NCBI GenBank assembly: GCA_965267575.1
Contig: OZ254086.1
Coordinates: 928,001 to 992,000 of the forward strand
DNA from: Calditrichales bacterium
Lineage (GTDB): Bacteria; Calditrichota; Calditrichia; Calditrichales; J004
Reading direction: 5' to 3'
Length of the DNA stretch: 64,000 nt
The notes beneath the pieces were generated by a model. That model was given only the letters and a program-made list of their open reading frames with translations. It did no database searches and was not told the DNA's origin. The stretch's first letter is position 1. Every line of letters starts with the position of its first letter. Both the position numbers and the translations under genes were made by a program. Shown here piece after piece: positions 1-9,325 of the stretch.

Positions 1-828
1 CACAATTTTCCTTTGGTTCCGCTCAAGCAGCATCTGCGCGATCTTTCGGAGCACAGCCTGATAGGCACCAACTGGATGCTGGAGCACCTGCATCCCAATC
101 TGCGCGGCCAGTTTGAGACAGCGAAAGCCTTTGCCCGCTCCATCGCGTCAGAAATAGCGGGCGGTGCTTCGGCGGCGAGCGACTCTCTCTATTACAACCG
201 CCTCGGCGTCACCACAATCGACAGCCTGATCGCTGATTACCGCATCCGCGTTTTGATGGCGGGCTGGCCCTTTCGCGATAGCTCGGGGGTGCAGGAGGTG
301 ATCAGTCGGTTTGTGCCGCAAACCGTTGAGGAAAAGCTGGCGCTGGACGTTTGGCGCAACAACCTATCCTGGTACGACGCCCACGTTCAGCTGGCGAAGC
401 TCTATCTGCAACAGCAAAGCTGGCCGGCCGCCGAGGTGGAACATGAGGCGTTGGCAAAGGAGAGGCCCTACGATATCAACCTGCAAAACAGGCTGGCGGA
501 AATATACATTCAGCAAAACAAACTGAATGACGCGCAATGGGCCTTAAGGCGTTCGCTGCAGGCCGGCGAGAACCTTTTTGCCTTGCGCATGCTGGGGTCA
601 CTGCTGGTAAATGAGAAAAAACTGCCGCAAGGTATCGCGCTTCTGGAACAGGCCCTGGAAATGGATGCGACCGACAGACAGACACTTTACAATCTTTCCG
701 GCGCCTATGCCATAACGGGCCGCTGGCAGGAGGCAGAGCAAAAGCTTCTGACTCTTCTGCAACATCACGCGGATTATCAACCGGCGCGGGCATTGCTGGA
801 GCAGGTTCGGCAGCAGCTGAGCAATTAG
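1..828 (+). CDS. Partial (5'-truncated) TPR-repeat protein, probably SGNH/GDSL + TPR
   Basis: Frame is open from base 1. 'EHLHPNLRG' resembles the SGNH block V (D/E)xxHP motif; C-terminal helical TPR-like repeats. Confidence 0.7.
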   Translation, partial: HNFPLVPLKQHLRDLSEHSLIGTNWMLEHLHPNLRGQFETAKAFARSIASEIAGGASAASDSLYYNRLGVTTIDSLIADYRIRVLMAGWPFRDSSGVQEVISRFVPQTVEEKLALDVWRNNLSWYDAHVQLAKLYLQQQSWPAAEVEHEALAKERPYDINLQNRLAEIYIQQNKLNDAQWALRRSLQAGENLFALRMLGSLLVNEKKLPQGIALLEQALEMDATDRQTLYNLSGAYAITGRWQEAEQKLLTLLQHHADYQPARALLEQVRQQLSN

Positions 829-875
829 CTTTTTGCAGAAAACACGGGTCTGAGGGGTAGCAGGCAGGCTTTCTT

Positions 876-1298
876 TCAGCTCATCTTTTCATAGTTGCTT
901 TTATAATCGCCGCGGGGCTTCCAGTAGCTGGAGGCGTCGCCCCGGAAACCATCATCGATAAAGCGCTTACCGCTGAGACGAGCCACAAAAGCAATCGGCG
1001 TAACCACCAAAAAATATATCAGCGTTAAAATCACCCGTGAAACCAGCCAGCCTAATGCAAAAGCCAGTCCCATCCAGACTTTATGCAGCGGCTTTACCAC
1101 TGCCGGCGCAGCCAGCCCCACGGTAAACACCAGTACCAGCACTGCCAGAAAACTCTGCCAGAATCCGCTGAGGTCTTCGTAAAAATAGAACAGGATGCCG
1201 ATACAGATAACCATCATCAAAACGGCAAACTGGCGCAGGCTTTTCTCACTTTGATTTAGCTCGCCCAGCTCCTGGCGCACGTCTCTAATCCAGCCCAT
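876..1298 (-). CDS. SxtJ-family membrane protein
   Basis: LRQF..., WMGLAFALG, VVTPIAF, SYW motifs; overlaps the stop of the upstream carbamoyltransferase. Confidence 0.85.
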   Translation of the reverse strand: MGWIRDVRQELGELNQSEKSLRQFAVLMMVICIGILFYFYEDLSGFWQSFLAVLVLVFTVGLAAPAVVKPLHKVWMGLAFALGWLVSRVILTLIYFLVVTPIAFVARLSGKRFIDDGFRGDASSYWKPRGDYKSNYEKMS

Positions 1299-3102
1299 AT
1301 TGTGTCCTCCAGTCGCCTTCTTCTTTAAATTCGGGCTGGTCGTTTTTAAGCAATATATGATTACCTAATACCAATACATCCATTTCGGTGCGCATAAAAC
1401 AGGCATAGGCCTGCATGGGCGATTCTACTATCGGCTCCCCGCGCACATTAAAGGATGTGTTGACAATAACGGGACAGCCGGTTTTTTTGTGAAATTCTTC
1501 AATCAGCCGGTAATAACGCGGATTGTGCTCCTTGTTCACCGTCTGGATGCGTGCCGAATAGTCCACGTGCGTAACCGCCGGTATTTCCGAACGCGTAAGG
1601 TTAAGTTTGTCGATGCCGAACAGTTTTTTCTCGCTGTCGCTTATTTTTTTCTGTTTCTCCTTTTTCACATCGGCCACCAGCAGCATATAGGGACTTTCAC
1701 GGTCGATCTCAAACCATTCCGACACATGATCTGCCAATACCGAAGGCGCAAAGGGACGGAAGCTTTCGCGGTATTTGATCTTGAGGTTCATCTTCTTCTG
1801 CATTTCGGGGGAACGGGCGTCGCCGATGATGCTGCGGTTGCCCAGCGCCCGCGGGCCAAACTCCATGCGTCCCTGGAACCAGCCGATCACTTTGCCCTTA
1901 TCGAGGTGGTCGGCAACTTTAGACATCAGTGTCTTTTCATCATGCAGGTGGTACGGAATTGCCTTGCGGTTTAGAATTTCGCGGATCTGCTCGTCGCTGT
2001 AAGCGGGTCCGAGATAGCTGCCCTGCTGCGGGCTTTTGCCCTTTTTGGGTTTCGCTGCTTTGCCCAGGTGCTGGTGCCAGACCACCAATGCCGCGCCCAG
2101 TGCTCCGCCGGCATCACCGGCCGCCGGCTGAATCCAGATGTCTTCAAACAGGCCTTCACGCAGCAGCTTGCCGTTGGCCACACAATTGAGCGCCACGCCG
2201 CCGGCCAGGCAGAGATATTTTTGGCCGGTTTCCTTTTTTACCTGACGTGCCATGCGCATAACAATCTCTTCCGTTACATCCTGTACGGAGCGGGCCAGGT
2301 CCATCTCACGCTGGGTGAGGCGGCTTTCGGGGCTGCGTGGCGGTCCGTCAAAAAGTGTGTTGAATTTGCGGTTGGTCATGGTTAGCCCGACGGGATAGTT
2401 AAAGTACTCCATGTTAAGCCGGAAAGAGCCGTCTTCTTTCAGGTCCACAAGGTTTTCGAGAATGGTTTTTACGTAACGCGGTTCACCGTAAGGTGCAAGG
2501 CCCATCACCTTGTATTCACCGGAGTTTACCTTAAAGCCGGTATAATAGGTAAAAGCGGAATAGAGCAATCCCAGCGAATGCGGGAAATCCATTTCGGCCA
2601 TAATAGTGACGCGGTTGCCCTTGCCTACGCCATAGGTGGAGGTGGCCCATTCGCCCACGCCATCCACGGTGAGAAAGGCGGCCTGATTAAAGGGCGACGG
2701 GAAAAAAGCGGAAGCGGCGTGCGACTCATGGTGCTCGGGGAACAGCACGTCGCCTTCAAAGCCCAGCTCCTTTTTTATTACATCGGGAATCCACAGCTTT
2801 TGGCGCAGCCACAGCGGCATGGCCATGATAAACGAGGGCAGCCCTTTGGGCGCGTAGTGCAGATATGTTTCCAGCAGACGGTTAAATTTAATGAAGGGCT
2901 TATCGTAGAAAGCCACGTAGTCGAGGTCGGCAGCGCTTAGACCCGCTTCACGCAGGCAATAATCGGCGGCGTATTTGGGAAAGCGGTGGTCGTGTTTTTT
3001 ACGGGTAAAACGCTCTTCCTGCGCAGCGGCGACTATTTTCCCATCTACAAGCAGCGCCGCGGCAGAGTCGTGGTAGAAGGCAGAAATACCGAGTATGTTC
3101 AT
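1285..3102 (-). CDS. NodU/CmcH-family carbamoyltransferase
   Basis: ILGISAFYHDSAAAL, AAQEERFTR, HHESHAASAF, GGVALNC, EFGPRALGNRS, NTSFNVRGEPIV. Confidence 0.95.
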   Translation of the reverse strand: MNILGISAFYHDSAAALLVDGKIVAAAQEERFTRKKHDHRFPKYAADYCLREAGLSAADLDYVAFYDKPFIKFNRLLETYLHYAPKGLPSFIMAMPLWLRQKLWIPDVIKKELGFEGDVLFPEHHESHAASAFFPSPFNQAAFLTVDGVGEWATSTYGVGKGNRVTIMAEMDFPHSLGLLYSAFTYYTGFKVNSGEYKVMGLAPYGEPRYVKTILENLVDLKEDGSFRLNMEYFNYPVGLTMTNRKFNTLFDGPPRSPESRLTQREMDLARSVQDVTEEIVMRMARQVKKETGQKYLCLAGGVALNCVANGKLLREGLFEDIWIQPAAGDAGGALGAALVVWHQHLGKAAKPKKGKSPQQGSYLGPAYSDEQIREILNRKAIPYHLHDEKTLMSKVADHLDKGKVIGWFQGRMEFGPRALGNRSIIGDARSPEMQKKMNLKIKYRESFRPFAPSVLADHVSEWFEIDRESPYMLLVADVKKEKQKKISDSEKKLFGIDKLNLTRSEIPAVTHVDYSARIQTVNKEHNPRYYRLIEEFHKKTGCPVIVNTSFNVRGEPIVESPMQAYACFMRTEMDVLVLGNHILLKNDQPEFKEEGDWRTQYGLD

Positions 3103-3198
3103 TCAATCCGTCTCAATTCAAAAAAAGATGAAATTAACACGGGGCTGTTTTGGGTGCAAGATTGTTTTAGTAGTGAATTTACCCGACGGCCTCGGTAT

Positions 3199-3223
3199 GT
3201 CGTTCCTGCGAAGGCAGGAATCT
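3199..3223 (+). repeat. Short palindromic repeat GTCGTTCCTGCGAAGGCAGGAATCT (REP/RPE-like)
   Basis: Hairpin TTCCTGC-GAAG-GCAGGAA; related inverted copy at 6217-6241. Confidence 0.75.
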
Positions 3224-3244
3224 ACTGTAATCTTCCTGCAACTT

Positions 3245-3337
3245 GTTACGAAGACCGCATCCGCTAATCTTCGTAACGAGAGAGAGGCTTACTCTGCAAG
3301 TTGGTAACGGAGTTAAGCGATAGCGGTCTCCGTTACC
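3245..3337. repeat. Inverted doublet of ~33-bp palindromic units (REPIN-like), copy 1
   Basis: GTTACGAAG..CTTCGTAAC (3245-3277) and GGTAACGGAG..CTCCGTTACC (3303-3337); matches the doublet at 5350-5447. Confidence 0.75.
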
Positions 3338-3344
3338 CCTCTGC

Positions 3345-4091
3345 TTAGTGTTTGATTGAACTGCGCGCGGCTTCTTCGGCCATCTCCTCGGCCAGTTCGT
3401 GGCCCAGGTAGCGGTCAATCAGGCCATGACCGAGGTAGATAAGCGGGGTGATAAGAATAGCGATAACAAGCTTGTAACTGTAATTGGTAACGGCAAATCC
3501 GAGGTATTGCGCCAGGTTAATTTTACCGGGCAGGTAAAAAGCAATCCCGAGAATAACGATGGAATCGATAAGCTGCGAAACGACCGTGGAACCGGTGGCG
3601 CGTAGCCAGATCATTTTGCCGCCGGTGCGTTTACGAAAGAGATGAAACACTAAAACATCCACCAATTGCGCCACAAGGAAGGCCACAATCGAACCCACAA
3701 TAATCCACATGGATTGGGCGAAGACCTGGCGATAACTCTCTTCGGTGACCGGCGAAATACCATCGGCGGCAGTTGGCAGCATGGTCAGGTAAATCACCAC
3801 AAAGGTGTAAATGATCATGGCCACGGCGATATAGGTAATGCGGCGCACACCGGCTTTGCCATAATATTCATTGATCAGGTCGGTGGAGAGGAAGACGATC
3901 GGCCAGGGGATAACACCTACGCTAAGAATAAACGGGCCCACCTGCGTGCTGAGCAAACCCAGGTTGAGATCAAAGAAGAAATTGGGATCTCCCAAAACGA
4001 TGAGTTTGCCACCGATGAGTTCGGCAATAATGGCATTGCCCACAAAAAAGCAGGCCAGGAAAAGAAACAGTTTTTCGCGCTTTGATTTCAT
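3345..4091 (-). CDS. yhhQ: Queuosine precursor transporter (YhhQ/Vut_1 family)
   Basis: DLINEYYG, GSIVAFLVAQLVDV, WLRATGSTVVSQLIDS motifs; multi-TM. Confidence 0.9.
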   Translation of the reverse strand: MKSKREKLFLFLACFFVGNAIIAELIGGKLIVLGDPNFFFDLNLGLLSTQVGPFILSVGVIPWPIVFLSTDLINEYYGKAGVRRITYIAVAMIIYTFVVIYLTMLPTAADGISPVTEESYRQVFAQSMWIIVGSIVAFLVAQLVDVLVFHLFRKRTGGKMIWLRATGSTVVSQLIDSIVILGIAFYLPGKINLAQYLGFAVTNYSYKLVIAILITPLIYLGHGLIDRYLGHELAEEMAEEAARSSIKH

Positions 4092-4102
4092 TGTGGTAGA
4101 TT

Positions 4103-4513
4103 TTAAATGATCAGATTTAATGCTTCTTCGGCCGTCAATATCTGTATCGCGGATTTTTTAAAATCCCGGGCATTGCGCGTAACGATGGCATCACAATTCT
4201 TGGTGCAGGCGGCTTCATACAATACGGCATCTTCAAAATCAGCGATCGGATTGTTAACGGCTTTTGCAAGAATGTCTTCATTAACCTCGGAGATACGAAA
4301 GAGGCTTAGCAGCGTTTTGATTGCTTCATCAGCCACCGTTTTGCTTTTCTCCTTTTCCACAAGATAGTGGATTGTTGTTACGGTGGTGGCACATAACCAG
4401 GCCAAAATCTTTTTGCCCTCCACATTGGAAACCAGTTGTGCTGCGGCTTCAGCAAATGGCGCGCGGTCCAACAGCAAGTCGAGAATTATGTTGGTATCTA
4501 GCAATAACTTCAT
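4103..4513 (-). CDS. PIN-domain toxin (VapC-like)
   Basis: LLDTNIILD, DFEDA, IVTRNARDF. Confidence 0.9.
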   Translation of the reverse strand: MKLLLDTNIILDLLLDRAPFAEAAAQLVSNVEGKKILAWLCATTVTTIHYLVEKEKSKTVADEAIKTLLSLFRISEVNEDILAKAVNNPIADFEDAVLYEAACTKNCDAIVTRNARDFKKSAIQILTAEEALNLII

Positions 4514-4752
4514 TTGTTTTTATCGCTGAGATATTTGCGATAATCTTCCTTTTTGACGTCCGAACCCTTAAGCATACCCCGCAAGGATTGCGTCATGGGA
4601 CCAACATCGTTTGGGGAATCCTTTTCCCGTGCACGAAGCTGTTGCAGGTAGTCCGAAACAATCGCAGATATTGATTTGCCCCGTTTGCGGGAATATTTTT
4701 TTGCAAAATCAATTAGATTATCTTCTATCCGTAAGGTAAGTTTTTTAGCCAT
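4510..4752 (-). CDS. Antitoxin (DUF6364/RHH-like)
   Basis: Likely start MAKKLTLRIED at 4752; AKKYS..GKSISAIV; DYRKYLSDK; 4-bp overlap with the PIN gene. Confidence 0.85.
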   Translation of the reverse strand: MAKKLTLRIEDNLIDFAKKYSRKRGKSISAIVSDYLQQLRAREKDSPNDVGPMTQSLRGMLKGSDVKKEDYRKYLSDKNK

Positions 4753-4783
4753 ACGATAAACCCTTGACGTACAAACAGCAAAA

Positions 4784-4812
4784 AGTATACGTATAATCCC
4801 AAATAATTGCAA
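4784..4812 (-). promoter_or_regulatory. Sigma70-type promoter of the TA operon with an overlapping palindrome
   Basis: TTGCAA-N17-TATACT on the minus strand; palindrome TATACGTATA (4786-4795) overlaps the -10. Confidence 0.55.
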
Positions 4813-4822
4813 AGGAGAAACC

Positions 4823-5290
4823 ATGCTAAAAGAAGGTCAAAAAGCGCCCGACTTTACGCTGCCCGATCAGGATGGCAAAACGCATTCACTGAGCGACTAC
4901 AAGGGTAAATGGCTGGTGCTTTATTTTTACCCGCGCGACCTGACGCCCGGTTGTACTACCGAAGCCTGCAATTTCCAGGAAGCTCTGCCCGATCTGAAAA
5001 AACTGAACACCGAGGTGGTCGGCGTTTCCAATGATCCGGTGAAAAGCCACCGCAAGTTTGCAGACAAGCACGATTTGCAGTTTACGCTGCTCAGCTCGGA
5101 TGAAAGCGATATGACAAAAAAATACGGCGCCTGGCAGGAGAAAAGCATGTACGGTAAAACCTATTGGGGTGTAGCCCGCATCACCTATATCATTGATCCT
5201 GACGGGAAAGTGGCGAAGGCTTATTCCAGGGTTAAGCCCAAGGAACACCACGCTGAAGTGGAGGAAGATTTGAAGGCGCTTCAAGGGTAG
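4823..5290 (+). CDS. bcp: Thioredoxin-dependent peroxiredoxin Bcp/PrxQ
   Basis: YFYPRDLTPGCTTEAC; AGGAG RBS. Confidence 0.95.
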   Translation: MLKEGQKAPDFTLPDQDGKTHSLSDYKGKWLVLYFYPRDLTPGCTTEACNFQEALPDLKKLNTEVVGVSNDPVKSHRKFADKHDLQFTLLSSDESDMTKKYGAWQEKSMYGKTYWGVARITYIIDPDGKVAKAYSRVKPKEHHAEVEEDLKALQG

Positions 5291-5295
5291 CACCA

Positions 5296-5321
5296 AGATG
5301 CTGAAATAAATTCAGCATGAC
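5296..5321 (-). repeat. Palindromic repeat GTCATGCTGAATTTATTTCAGCATCT
   Basis: Stem ATGCTGAA/TTCAGCAT with a GTC 5' end like the 3199 repeat. Confidence 0.65.
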
Positions 5322-5349
5322 GAAGCACTATTTAATCTGGTAAAAGACA

Positions 5350-5447
5350 TTACGAAGACCGCGTTTGCTTAACTTCGTAACGAGAATAAAGGTGAACGCT
5401 AAATCATAAATCTGGTGGCGGAGTTAAGCGCAGCGATCTCCGCTTCC
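5350..5447. repeat. Inverted doublet of palindromic units (REPIN-like), copy 2
   Basis: TTACGAAGACCGC..CTTCGTAAC and GGTGGCGGAGTTAAGCG..CTCCGCTTCC; lies between convergent bcp and GDSL genes. Confidence 0.75.
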
Positions 5448-5454
5448 TTGTTTA

Positions 5455-6171
5455 TCAATCCCGCAGCCCCAACTTTTTCTGTGCAACGGGCGCAACCAAA
5501 TCCACCCACTCAGTGTACATTTTGCCCGATGGATGCAGTTGGTCAGGCGCAAGGTAGGATAGATCATTTTCCGCCTTAAGCGAAATATCCCAGATATCCA
5601 CGTAGGCTATCCCGCGTTCGGCACAGAACTGCTTTTGCAGCGCATTAAAGCTTTGCAACTCCCGTCTGATATTTTGCGCTCCACGGGCATCGTTTTGGCC
5701 AAACGGGGTTACACTGTAATCGGGAATGGAAACCACAATGACGGCATTGCTGTCGCTACCCGCAAAGGCAACGGCAGTATCAAGCAAGGCCAGAAAACCT
5801 TCGCGCATAAAATTAATACCCCGGCCCTGATATTGATCGTTTACACCAATCAGCAGCGTCACCAGATCATACGGCGGTTGCAGATCACTGCGCTGTTTTA
5901 TGGCATCCGTAAGCTGGTTTGTGTTCCAGCCCGTACGCGCCACGATGGTGGGATTTTTCACCACGGAATCGCTGGCATTTAAGCGGGCGGCCAGTTGGTT
6001 GGGCCAGCGCTCGGCCTCGCTTACACTTTCACCAATGGTATAGGAATCGCCAAGGGCGAGGATTGTTTTTGTTTCCATTTGGTCTTCCGTTGCTTTTTTA
6101 GGGGCAACATTTTCCGAACAGGCCAGGAAAAGGAGAGCCATTGCCAGGATAGAAAGATTTTTTGTGTTCAT
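5455..6171 (-). CDS. SGNH/GDSL hydrolase, lipoprotein
   Basis: LALGDSYT, LLIGVND, DQLHPS; lipobox FLAC; likely start MNTKNL at 6171. Confidence 0.9.
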   Translation of the reverse strand: MNTKNLSILAMALLFLACSENVAPKKATEDQMETKTILALGDSYTIGESVSEAERWPNQLAARLNASDSVVKNPTIVARTGWNTNQLTDAIKQRSDLQPPYDLVTLLIGVNDQYQGRGINFMREGFLALLDTAVAFAGSDSNAVIVVSIPDYSVTPFGQNDARGAQNIRRELQSFNALQKQFCAERGIAYVDIWDISLKAENDLSYLAPDQLHPSGKMYTEWVDLVAPVAQKKLGLRD

Positions 6172-6216
6172 TTGTCTGATCCTCGATGTTCGTTTCGTAG
6201 CTTTTCCCGCCTCAAT

Positions 6217-6241
6217 GGATTCCTGCCTGCGCAGGAATGGC
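6217..6241 (-). repeat. Palindromic repeat GCCATTCCTGCGCAGGCAGGAATCC
   Basis: Same family as 3199-3223, opposite orientation. Confidence 0.75.
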
Positions 6242-6260
6242 AATTTTTGTCTGTTCAGTC

Positions 6261-7019
6261 TTATGGCATGTCCGGCAGCTGCCAGCTTTGCTTAAAGCGC
6301 AGATAATCTGCCTCGCTAAGCTGCACCAGAACCGGCTGTGTGTCCCTTTTCAGGAATGAGAGCATCTCTTTCATGCGCTTTTCCGGCATGGCTGTGCAGC
6401 CCAGCGTGGCCGTGGCGCTGTCCCGCCAGACGTGCAAAAAAATGCAGGAACCGTCCCCGGCCTTTACCGGATTCATGTTATGCTTTACTACAACACCCCA
6501 CTTGTATTGCACGGGCAACTCGATCATCAACTCCGACGAAGCCCAGTCTTCATTTACACTATCACGATGAACGACCTGGTTGTAGCTGCGTGAGTAGGGA
6601 TCGTCAACACATTCCAGATCTTCCGTGATTTGAACATAGGGATATTGTCCGGGCGGCAAAGAATCGGGCTCGGCAAAGCCGAAGGCCTCGCCCAGCAAAA
6701 AGACGCCGGAGGTGCTTTTTCCATCCCCTTCCACTTTCTGAACGCCATCCGGCGGTATTTCATGCAACCCTTTGCCCCAGGCCAGGCCGGCATGGCCCAA
6801 CACCACATCAAAGCTGCTGGTGACGGCATGCCACTGCTCGTCGGCGTTGGGACGTTCAAACCAGGCCATGCGGGCGTTGTGCGTTGTATCGTTGGCGCTT
6901 ACAACCATTAAAAGCTGTCGCGATTGTTTTGCAACGGGATTAGGTGAACTGTATTCGGAGCAGGCGCTGAATGCCAGCAAAAAAACGATCGCCGCAGAGA
7001 TATATTTTTTAAAAAGCAT
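6261..7019 (-). CDS. L,D-transpeptidase (YkuD-like) family lipoprotein
   Basis: KVEGDGKS, GSCIFLHVW...TLGCTAM; lipobox FSAC. Confidence 0.85.
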   Translation of the reverse strand: MLFKKYISAAIVFLLAFSACSEYSSPNPVAKQSRQLLMVVSANDTTHNARMAWFERPNADEQWHAVTSSFDVVLGHAGLAWGKGLHEIPPDGVQKVEGDGKSTSGVFLLGEAFGFAEPDSLPPGQYPYVQITEDLECVDDPYSRSYNQVVHRDSVNEDWASSELMIELPVQYKWGVVVKHNMNPVKAGDGSCIFLHVWRDSATATLGCTAMPEKRMKEMLSFLKRDTQPVLVQLSEADYLRFKQSWQLPDMP

Positions 7020-7022
7020 AAT

Positions 7023-8657
7023 TTACCTTAGCAGTAAAAGTTTTTGTGTTTGTGTAAGACCGGCGGAGTGCAGACGCAGAAAATAGATGCCGGAAGACCA
7101 GTTTGCCGCGTTTATACGGATGGTATGGCCGCCCGCGTTAAAACTTCCCGAAGCCACGCGCGAAATGTGCCGGCCGCGGCTGTCGTAAACGTCCAGCTCC
7201 ACGGTTGCCGGCCGGTCAAGCTGCAGGCGCACGGAGGTTTGCGGATTGAACGGATTGGGATAGGCAGCGTGCATGGTCAGCGATTGCGGCTGCTGCGGAT
7301 TTCCCCCGGGAAGCGCCGTCACATCCGTGGTATCATAGCTGACAAAGCGGATGGCATCGGCAACGATGTAGGTGTTGGTAAAAGCGTAATCGGAAATAAG
7401 GACTTTGTCCGTACTGTCTCCGCTGAAAACATATTCGCCTATTTTAACCCACTGTAGCCCGTTTGTGGTCTGGTCTACGCGCACCGTATCCACACCGTCA
7501 CGGTGAAAGACAATAAAGGGCGTATCTTCACAACGGTTAAAGGAATTGACCCACCAGCCGTACAGTTCATAACGCGCCTCCGCGGGCAGGCCGGGGCTGA
7601 ACTCAGCGTAGTCGCTGCCGTCACCTTTGGGGTTGATCTGCGAAGGCGTATCGCCCCAGTAGCCGGCGTTGGCCGAAGCGAACCAGCCATCCCCGACCAG
7701 CTGGCAGGCCTCATCACCGGTATCAATTATCTTTTCTACCTGCGGCTCTTTGGGCAAACCCAGTGAATCACGGTGCGTTACGGCAAGGATCGTTGGTACG
7801 GCGCGCTGTTCGGAGGGGTTGTTGACATAGCTGTCGCCTATTGCCATTTGCGTGGAGCCGCCGCCATCCAGGTTAATGGCATCGCTGCAACCCAGATCGA
7901 TCATGACCTGCGCCAGCTCGGTCAGGCTCAGCCCTTCGCTGGCTGTCTGCCGTCCGTCGGCCACCAGCATAATAATTGTGGAATCGCCAAAGCCCACCGC
8001 CGTGCGCGGGTCGCGGTTGCTCAACCCGACGCCGGAACCCCACATGATCTCTTCATCATACGTGACGTTAACCTGCCCGTCCTTAACCAGCATCGGCCCG
8101 CCACCAATGGCCAGAAGCACTTCATCGTAAAGTGTGCCCTCGCTTTTTTGTGGCGCCGGCAACGGGTCGGGATCATTGTTGCTGTAAGGCATCGGCGCGT
8201 CAAAGGTATATACCCCCTGCAATGTCTGGTCAAAATGGTAAACCCAGTCGGCGCGGAAATTAAAGCTGCTGTCCATCGAGAACATAGCCCGGCGCACGGG
8301 ATACGACTTGCCGTTGCGCGTAAGGGACTGCACGTTTACCGCCTTTACCTCGCCGGGATAAATAATTGTTGAGTAGGAGGTGTTGCCGCCAAAAAAGCCT
8401 CCGTTTACCGCGGCATAGGCACCAAATTTTGCGGTTTGATCGTTTACCTGGTCAGCCGCCCCGATATAGGGCCGCACGGCGAGTTTATCGTTAAAGCGGT
8501 CCAGCTCCAGATACCATGCCTGCAGGTCGGGCGACGTGCGTGTTCCTTTAAACAGCCTCACCCCTTCGGGCAGGTCGGCGTCTTGCTCGGTCCAGGTTAT
8601 TTCCTGCGCGGAAAGGGGAATAACCAGCAGCATCAATATTATTATCAGCCGACGCAT
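7023..8657 (-). CDS. Phosphodiester glycosidase (NAGPA/DUF2233) with CBM-like domain and T9SS-type CTD
   Basis: AVNGGFF, DPRTAVG, NLDGGGS; YPNPFNP...KLLLLR; AAGGAG RBS before ATG 8657. Confidence 0.85.
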   Translation of the reverse strand: MRRLIIILMLLVIPLSAQEITWTEQDADLPEGVRLFKGTRTSPDLQAWYLELDRFNDKLAVRPYIGAADQVNDQTAKFGAYAAVNGGFFGGNTSYSTIIYPGEVKAVNVQSLTRNGKSYPVRRAMFSMDSSFNFRADWVYHFDQTLQGVYTFDAPMPYSNNDPDPLPAPQKSEGTLYDEVLLAIGGGPMLVKDGQVNVTYDEEIMWGSGVGLSNRDPRTAVGFGDSTIIMLVADGRQTASEGLSLTELAQVMIDLGCSDAINLDGGGSTQMAIGDSYVNNPSEQRAVPTILAVTHRDSLGLPKEPQVEKIIDTGDEACQLVGDGWFASANAGYWGDTPSQINPKGDGSDYAEFSPGLPAEARYELYGWWVNSFNRCEDTPFIVFHRDGVDTVRVDQTTNGLQWVKIGEYVFSGDSTDKVLISDYAFTNTYIVADAIRFVSYDTTDVTALPGGNPQQPQSLTMHAAYPNPFNPQTSVRLQLDRPATVELDVYDSRGRHISRVASGSFNAGGHTIRINAANWSSGIYFLRLHSAGLTQTQKLLLLR

Positions 8658-8797
8658 ATACACTCCTTGGTCTGTTGTCTGTTTGTTAATTTGCTAAACC
8701 AACCTCATTTTTTCCAGCATAGCAAACAAATAAATTTGTACATTCAAAGTCCTGTTATTTAATTTCGGCTCTTGTAAACATAAAACACGAAAGAAAT

Positions 8798-9166
8798 ATG
8801 CATCGATCCACTCTATTTTTTGTTGTTTGTCTTGCCCTCACCGCGGTTATCGTTGTCGGCTACAGCGTATACACCGATCCCTTTGAACGTGCCAGTCAGC
8901 CCGCTTCAAATGCGGCACACAGTGCCACACAGGGCGACGCCACCCATGATTTTTCAGACATTATCCCGGTGTATTCGCAAAACTGCGCGCGTTGCCATGG
9001 CGTTACCGGCCAGGGCCAGCCCGGTATTCCGCCTTTGAAAGGCACCAACCTGAGCGATCAGGAGATGACAATGCTGATTCGCAACGGCAAAGGTGAAATG
9101 CCCGGGTTTCCTCAGCTCAGCGATGAACAAATCGCCAGACTTATCTCTCTTATTCGCCATCTGTAA
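8798..9166 (+). CDS. Monoheme class I cytochrome c
   Basis: N-terminal TM/signal, CARCH, distal Met in GEMPGF. Confidence 0.9.
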   Translation: MHRSTLFFVVCLALTAVIVVGYSVYTDPFERASQPASNAAHSATQGDATHDFSDIIPVYSQNCARCHGVTGQGQPGIPPLKGTNLSDQEMTMLIRNGKGEMPGFPQLSDEQIARLISLIRHL

Positions 9167-9325
9167 GTCCCGGAGTTATGTATAAAAACCGCCGCAAACG
9201 TCAAGTAAATCAGCCAAATGACGATATATCGCCTACCAATTTTGTTTGCTCAATATCCGCAATGTGCGGGTACGATATAATAATCTATAATATCACCAGC
9301 CAGGAAAGGTTTAGACCAGGTTATC

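Noticed and set aside
876-3102. Saxitoxin biosynthesis cluster
   Set aside because: Only SxtI/SxtJ-like genes, which are widespread; no sxtA, sxtG or other core genes in the window.
3103-4102. preQ1 riboswitch associated with yhhQ
   Set aside because: Only 11 bp lie upstream of yhhQ; the nearby hairpins are downstream of it and are repeats.
3199-5447. CRISPR array
   Set aside because: Units are inverted, divergent and only two per site; no regular spacers and no cas genes.
6172-6243. N-terminal extensions given in the ORF track (also 4753-4824 and 61412-61513)
   Set aside because: They run through repeat or promoter sequence; downstream ATGs give better N-termini.
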